Below are positions 59,171-64,000 of a stretch of 64,000 bases of DNA, piece after piece. Positions within the stretch are counted from its first letter, which is position 1. Each line of letters starts with the position of its first letter. The translations under genes and the position numbers were made by a program. Location: assembly GCF_056746865.1 (NCBI RefSeq), contig NZ_JBWKMP010000003.1; one strand, 5' to 3'. Origin of the DNA: a plasmid. The notes beneath the pieces were generated by a model, which worked only from the letters and a program-made list of their open reading frames with translations, was not told the origin of the DNA and did not search any database.

Positions 59171-60597
59171 GTATTACCGAATTACTGGACAAGTTTAATG
59201 CCAAGCTGAACGAAAACCCCTGGTGGGCGCGATTTGTAAACAGCCAGTTTATTCAAATGCAGTCCGTTTTGGGCGCGCAGATTGTTTATATTGCGCGTAC
59301 ATTTGCAAGCCGTGCACTTACAGAAGGATTCATTTCCACCGCGACGCGTAGAGCAAGTATTCTCGCGGCAGCGGAAGACCGTGGCTATGTCGGTCGTTTG
59401 GTCGATGCGTCATACGGCACTGTTTCCATCACCAACAAAACCGACAGGGATATTACTCTACCCGGAGGGGCTGAATTACTGACAAGTGACCAGACACCAA
59501 TTGCAACCAGCAGTAGTGTTGTTATCCCTGCTGGTGAAACAGTACCCGGCATAGAAGTAAAACAGCATGAAGCAGTCAGCGTAACGTTCGACGTGGTGCA
59601 AGAAACACCATTCTTGACGCTGTTACTTTCCCGTGAGTTAACAGCAGAAGTCGCCAGCCTGGAAGTTGTCGTGATAACTAATGGTGTCGAGGAAAAATGG
59701 ACACATAACCCCCTGTTCCGCATGTCCAGGGATAACAGTAAACATTATGTGTTGGTTTATAAGCCGACAGAACAGATCGGCGTGCGCTTCGGTGATGGAT
59801 CAATGGGGATGATGCCAGCGGCAGGGAGTCAGGTACGCATTGATATTATGGCAAGCCTCGGTGATTACACGCTGGCTGAAGGCCAGAAACTTGAACCAGC
59901 AGGGAACATCTCCGGGTATGTCGAATCACTGGAAGTAAAAACCGATTCGATCATTTCTGGCGGTGGTGGCATGGAAACTACCGAGGAAACCCGAAACAGG
60001 GCGCAGTATTATGTGGCCTACGATGAGCAGGTTGTTTGGGGCGGTGATTACCGCCAGTTCATTCAGAACGTGGTCAGTGGCACGTCATGGCTTAACGTGT
60101 GGGGGGAGGCGCTACAGGAGAAAATCACGGGCTTTGATGTGCGTAATATCAACAAAATTTTCTTTTGTGGGCACAAGCCCGGCGTAACACAGGAAGCTCT
60201 GAAAACAGAGATATTATCAGCCCTTGAGAGTATCCCTAATGAGCTGAATAAGAAGTTCGAATACGTCGCCACCAATGAACAGCCGTTCAACATCAAATTT
60301 ACCGGTATCGTAAAAAAGAGTGTGCTGGTGGATGACGCGCTAACTGCAATTAAAGCGGCACTGGAGGAGAACTTCGGTAAAGACTCCATGTCATTTAGCC
60401 AGCTATTGCAGAGTGATGACGATTCACAGCAATGTTATGCACAGGTCAAAGTAAAAGATATCTGGCGAGTAATCGAATCGCTGGATATGTTCCTGTCTTA
60501 TGACGTGGCTACGCAGAACATGAAAGAAGCTGTGTACTTTAATGATTTTGTTTATCTGGACGTGGAATCATCAACGTTCAGCATAACCTATCCGTAA
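59167..60597 (+). CDS. baseplate J-like protein
   Basis: 476 aa, GTG start overlapping the upstream stop. RRASILAAAEDRGYVGRLVDASYGTVSITN...ITLPGGAELLT fits the Baseplate_J pattern. Confidence 0.65.
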   Translation: MSITELLDKFNAKLNENPWWARFVNSQFIQMQSVLGAQIVYIARTFASRALTEGFISTATRRASILAAAEDRGYVGRLVDASYGTVSITNKTDRDITLPGGAELLTSDQTPIATSSSVVIPAGETVPGIEVKQHEAVSVTFDVVQETPFLTLLLSRELTAEVASLEVVVITNGVEEKWTHNPLFRMSRDNSKHYVLVYKPTEQIGVRFGDGSMGMMPAAGSQVRIDIMASLGDYTLAEGQKLEPAGNISGYVESLEVKTDSIISGGGGMETTEETRNRAQYYVAYDEQVVWGGDYRQFIQNVVSGTSWLNVWGEALQEKITGFDVRNINKIFFCGHKPGVTQEALKTEILSALESIPNELNKKFEYVATNEQPFNIKFTGIVKKSVLVDDALTAIKAALEENFGKDSMSFSQLLQSDDDSQQCYAQVKVKDIWRVIESLDMFLSYDVATQNMKEAVYFNDFVYLDVESSTFSITYP

Positions 60598-60606
60598 GAG
60601 GTCACA

Positions 60607-61449
60607 ATGCAGAATAACTGGCTAAAAGAGCGTCTGACGCAATTTAAACAGGATTCTAAATTGTGGGCCGCCTTTGTTGATACGATTCAGGACGTGTGGA
60701 ATGAATCGGTTGAACCTATTCTCACGCGAATAAGCAACCGTAAATCGTTTTTCACAATGGCAAGGGAGGATATGGACACTCGCATTGCTGAATATGGTCG
60801 TTTCTTTGTTATCACAGAAACGGACAAAACACGCAGGCCAATGCTATTAGCTCAACGACTGGATGAGGTGCACTTCAAAGGAACAGTAAGGCCGATAGAG
60901 CAAACGTTCTGGCGTGAATTTGGCACAATCCCCGTCTCATGGGAACCTTTGTATGCGCCTGTCGATACAGAAAAACATCCCTATGGTTCATTCTTCGCGA
61001 CCGCAAATGAAATACCGACCGCTCAGGCACAATATGGTGAGTTTTTCCTGACATCCAGAGGGCTGGTTGTCGTCAACCAAAATAAGCTGTATCGAGCTTA
61101 TGATAGCGATGACCGAGACGTTGCTGTACAGAAGCTACTTGCTGATTTTGATACGGTTATAGCGCCGCTATTGCCATTGCATATCGTGTTTGATGGTGTT
61201 TCTTTCCAGTTAAGCGCAACATTGCCGGAAATGGCGGAGATCCTGAATTGCTTATCTGCGGAAGTGTCCTTTATTGAGGGGGTGTACACGACGCAAGAGA
61301 TGGTCGATGAGCTATCTATTAGCGATACGATCATTCAAATAGGCGGCATCCAGTTCGCAGGAAGGCCAGACCGGACGACGGAAAGAGTGCTTCATCTCGA
61401 TGAACTCCCGCTCGACGCCTGGGCGCTGGATTATAATTTTGCACCTTAG
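60607..61449 (+). CDS. baseplate-associated hypothetical protein
   Basis: 280 aa. Lies between the baseplate J gene and the tail-fibre genes. Confidence 0.4.
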   Translation: MQNNWLKERLTQFKQDSKLWAAFVDTIQDVWNESVEPILTRISNRKSFFTMAREDMDTRIAEYGRFFVITETDKTRRPMLLAQRLDEVHFKGTVRPIEQTFWREFGTIPVSWEPLYAPVDTEKHPYGSFFATANEIPTAQAQYGEFFLTSRGLVVVNQNKLYRAYDSDDRDVAVQKLLADFDTVIAPLLPLHIVFDGVSFQLSATLPEMAEILNCLSAEVSFIEGVYTTQEMVDELSISDTIIQIGGIQFAGRPDRTTERVLHLDELPLDAWALDYNFAP

Positions 61450-61565
61450 CAAACCAGGCCCCGCCAACCTGGGTGGGGCCATTTCTCAAAACAAAAGACC
61501 ACTGGAAATCACAAACTGAACATACTGCCCTTCGATTTATTGCTTGTTAAAGGGGCTATGTTCGT

Positions 61566-62012
61566 ATGGCTGAAACTTTAAAATCCCAAAGCGATTCCAG
61601 TATTTACAAGGCGCAACTCCTTTCTTACTACTACTCTCGCCGTGCAGAGTCTGCAATCGGCAGAGGTGAGCGTTTTGTTATGACAAAGGCTTATTGGTGC
61701 AAGTCCGATCTTGTGACGGTAAATAGTGCTGGTGGCTGGACTATTTCTGATATTCCGCTCGACTTCAAGTTAAGTGATGCACAGCATTTTGCTGAATCCA
61801 ATCTCATTCTTTCCAGCCTCGATGGTGTCATTACGATTAATGCCGCTTTTCCACAAGAAACGATGCCGGACGATACACCTTACGATTTCAATACGCTGGT
61901 TCTCGTAGATGCAGAGGATCAGGCTTTTGGGGTTGTTTGTACTCAACAGGACACCTTATTCAAAGGTAAGCGATACAGCTTGCTCATGACCATTGAACAG
62001 GTCGAGGGATAA
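61566..62012 (+). CDS. tail-collar fibre-like protein
   Basis: 148 aa. YDFNTLVLVDAEDQAFGVVCTQQDTLFKGK resembles the tail-collar fibre (DUF3751) motif. Confidence 0.45.
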   Translation: MAETLKSQSDSSIYKAQLLSYYYSRRAESAIGRGERFVMTKAYWCKSDLVTVNSAGGWTISDIPLDFKLSDAQHFAESNLILSSLDGVITINAAFPQETMPDDTPYDFNTLVLVDAEDQAFGVVCTQQDTLFKGKRYSLLMTIEQVEG

Positions 62013-62014
62013 TT

Positions 62015-64000
62015 ATGTGCGCAGATAAAGTAAAGAACATTGTCACCTTATCTTCGGACATTTCCGCTCCACTAATTGCAGACATGCAATACTTTGAGCT
62101 GTATAGCACCGAAGCTCTAAACAGGAAGATGAAAAATATCGTTCTGCCCGGTGTGTACTGTGGGTTTGAACCGGTGCCAGGGGATGGCCTGTTTGTGCGG
62201 ATTACATCCGAGAAAACAGAGGGAAGAGGGGCGGCTTCAGTTGACGTGGGTAAATGTCAGATATCCGTGCAGCAAGTCAGTGATGTTGTTGTTCCTGTAG
62301 AAGCAGGTGTAACGACAATCATCGTTCTTGAAGCTAATTACGAACATGGAGTGAAAACCAGCCAGGTAGATAGTTCATCGGATATTAGCGCAGCGAGAAT
62401 TATAGCTCTCGTTGATGAGGGCATAGCATCTAACCAGATTGAGCTATGCCGAGTGATCGTGCCTGACAATGCTCAAGCCGTTACCGCAGATATGATTAGC
62501 ACTAAATATCGCGCTAATCGTGCTGTAGGTGTTGAGTTCTCCAGTGCTTTGGATAGTGACGAAGAATATAAAGCTGCAACCCCCCTTGCTATCAGCACGT
62601 TAAATAAACTTAAAGCTCCGGTTGATAGCCCGGAATTTATAGGTATCCCTACATCTCCAACTCCGGAACAAGGTACAAACAGTACACAAATCGCAAACGC
62701 TGCCTTTGTTCAGGCCGCTATAACCGCACTTATTGATGGTTCTCCTTCAGCGTTGGATACGCTGAAAAAAATTGCAGATGCAATAAACAATGATCCCCAG
62801 TTTAGCCAGACGATTAATGATGCTTTAGCTCTTAAAGCGCCGTTATTAAGCCCGGCATTTACGGGGGTTCCAACAGCTCCTACGGCGTCACAAGGTACGA
62901 ACAACACTCAGATTGCAACAACCGCTTATGTTCGTGCCGCTATTTCTGCATTGGTCGGCTCATCACCAGAAGCTCTTGATACTCTTAATGAGCTTGCTGC
63001 GGCGCTGGGCAATGACCCGAACTTTGCGACTACAATGACAAATGCCCTGGCAGGTAAGCAGCCTCTCGACGCAACCTTAACCGCGCTCGCTGGCCTGGCG
63101 ACGGGGGCAAATAAATTACCGTACTTTACCGGAACAGACACTGTAGCCCAGACTGATTTAACGTCAGTCGGTCGCGATATTCTTGCTAAAACAAGCACAC
63201 TGGCTGTTATCCAATACCTTGGTTTAAGAGAACTCGGAACCAGCGGAGAAAAGCTCCCCCTGTTGAGCACAGCTAATACCTGGAGTGCACGCCAGACTTT
63301 CAGCGCGGGGATCACTGGTACGCTGACCGGGAACGCCGATACTGCGACGAAATTAAAAACAGCCAGAAAGATTAACGGTGTGGCATTTGATGGGTCGGCA
63401 GATATTACTCTGACCCCTGAAGATCTTGGCTTAACGGATATTGCTTCTCAAGCTGGTAACGCAGTTCAGCGTTCTGGCGACACAATGGGGGGGCAGCTAA
63501 AAATTGGCACAATAAATGCCCTTCGAATATTTAACCAGGACTTTGGCCTTATCTTCAGGAGATCCGAGGAATATCTTCATCTTATCCCGACAAATGAAGG
63601 GGAGGGTGAAAATGGTGACATCGGGCCATTAAGACCATTTTCTATAAACTTAAGAACTGGGTTGGTGTCCATCGGTAACGGCGTAAAAGTTGGCGGTGGT
63701 ATTACTGGTAATTTGACGGGAAACGCAGATACTGCCACAAAGCTCAAGACAGCTCGAACGATCGGCGGAGTGTCATTTGATGGCAGCGCCAATATCGACC
63801 TGCCTGGCGTGAATAAAACAGGTAATCAGAGCACTACCGGCAATGCTGCAACCGCAACGAAACTTCAGACGGCACGCACAATCGGCGGAGTGTCATTTGA
63901 TGGCAGCGCCAATATCGACCTGCCTGGCGTGAATAAAACAGGTAATCAGAGCACTACCGGCAATGCTGCAACCGCAACGAAACTTCAGACGGCACGCACA
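62015..64000 (+). CDS. tail fibre protein (5' part; runs off the window)
   Basis: Open for all 662 codons to the window edge and absent from the ORF track because it has no stop. Contains phage tail-fibre repeats (SPxFxGxPTxPTxxxGTNxTQIA; GNADTATKLxTARxIxGVxFDGSAxI). Confidence 0.85.
   Translation, partial: MCADKVKNIVTLSSDISAPLIADMQYFELYSTEALNRKMKNIVLPGVYCGFEPVPGDGLFVRITSEKTEGRGAASVDVGKCQISVQQVSDVVVPVEAGVTTIIVLEANYEHGVKTSQVDSSSDISAARIIALVDEGIASNQIELCRVIVPDNAQAVTADMISTKYRANRAVGVEFSSALDSDEEYKAATPLAISTLNKLKAPVDSPEFIGIPTSPTPEQGTNSTQIANAAFVQAAITALIDGSPSALDTLKKIADAINNDPQFSQTINDALALKAPLLSPAFTGVPTAPTASQGTNNTQIATTAYVRAAISALVGSSPEALDTLNELAAALGNDPNFATTMTNALAGKQPLDATLTALAGLATGANKLPYFTGTDTVAQTDLTSVGRDILAKTSTLAVIQYLGLRELGTSGEKLPLLSTANTWSARQTFSAGITGTLTGNADTATKLKTARKINGVAFDGSADITLTPEDLGLTDIASQAGNAVQRSGDTMGGQLKIGTINALRIFNQDFGLIFRRSEEYLHLIPTNEGEGENGDIGPLRPFSINLRTGLVSIGNGVKVGGGITGNLTGNADTATKLKTARTIGGVSFDGSANIDLPGVNKTGNQSTTGNAATATKLQTARTIGGVSFDGSANIDLPGVNKTGNQSTTGNAATATKLQTART
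63761..64000 (+). repeat. perfect 120-bp tandem duplication inside the tail-fibre gene
   Basis: 63761-63880 and 63881-64000 are identical at every base (40-aa unit IGGVSFDGSANIDLPGVNKTGNQSTTGNAATATKLQTART). The array may continue beyond the window. Confidence 0.9.

Overview
This 64-kb window is a slice of an enterobacterial phage-plasmid, a contractile-tailed phage that lysogenises as a plasmid. It is of the D6 type, with several P1-like accessory blocks. All homology calls come from reading the translations and from memory of the named families; no database search was run.

Evidence for that identification:
- An exact 32-bp rox site (4240-4271) lies next to a Dre-type Cre-family recombinase.
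- There are PacA/PacB-like terminase genes, with a GATC-repeat candidate pac site inside pacA.
- A P1-like hot / LexA box / humD / phd / doc block is present, along with Ref nuclease and Ppp phosphatase.
- An immI-like region (structured RNA, icd, antirepressor) is present.
- An iteron-flanked RepA replicon and two adjacent partition systems are present: ParA plus an RHH protein, and ParM/ParR/parC.
- An IS2 (1331 bp, 5-bp target duplication) splits the element's Dam methylase.

Virion genes lie in four separate blocks:
- 29.8-35.9 kb: tail X-like protein, hub and spike.
- 42.7-44.5 kb: PAAR protein and spanins.
- 45.5-52.6 kb: capsid, Ig-like protein, sheath and tube.
- 54.0-64.0 kb: chaperone, tape measure, baseplate and tail fibre.

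A long minus-strand early region (10.6-24.5 kb) is packed with translationally coupled small genes, including a mosaic family of Ea22-like paralogs.

A dispersed TTTTCTAACA motif, often in inverted pairs, marks the heads of most early operons. It looks like the operator set of a C1-type repressor.

I saw no rRNA, tRNA or CRISPR array, and no recognisable canonical defence system.

The observations most worth following up are:
- the apparently duplicated c4-like RNA module upstream of icd;
- an early-operon paralog of the terminase ATPase domain with degraded Walker motifs;
- a free-standing ClpX zinc-finger protein;
- an A_AAA_AAG slippery site at the capsid stop codon that opens into Ig-like sequence;
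- a higBA cassette plus an orphan antitoxin inserted in the baseplate operon;
- the replicon sitting inside the tail gene cluster.
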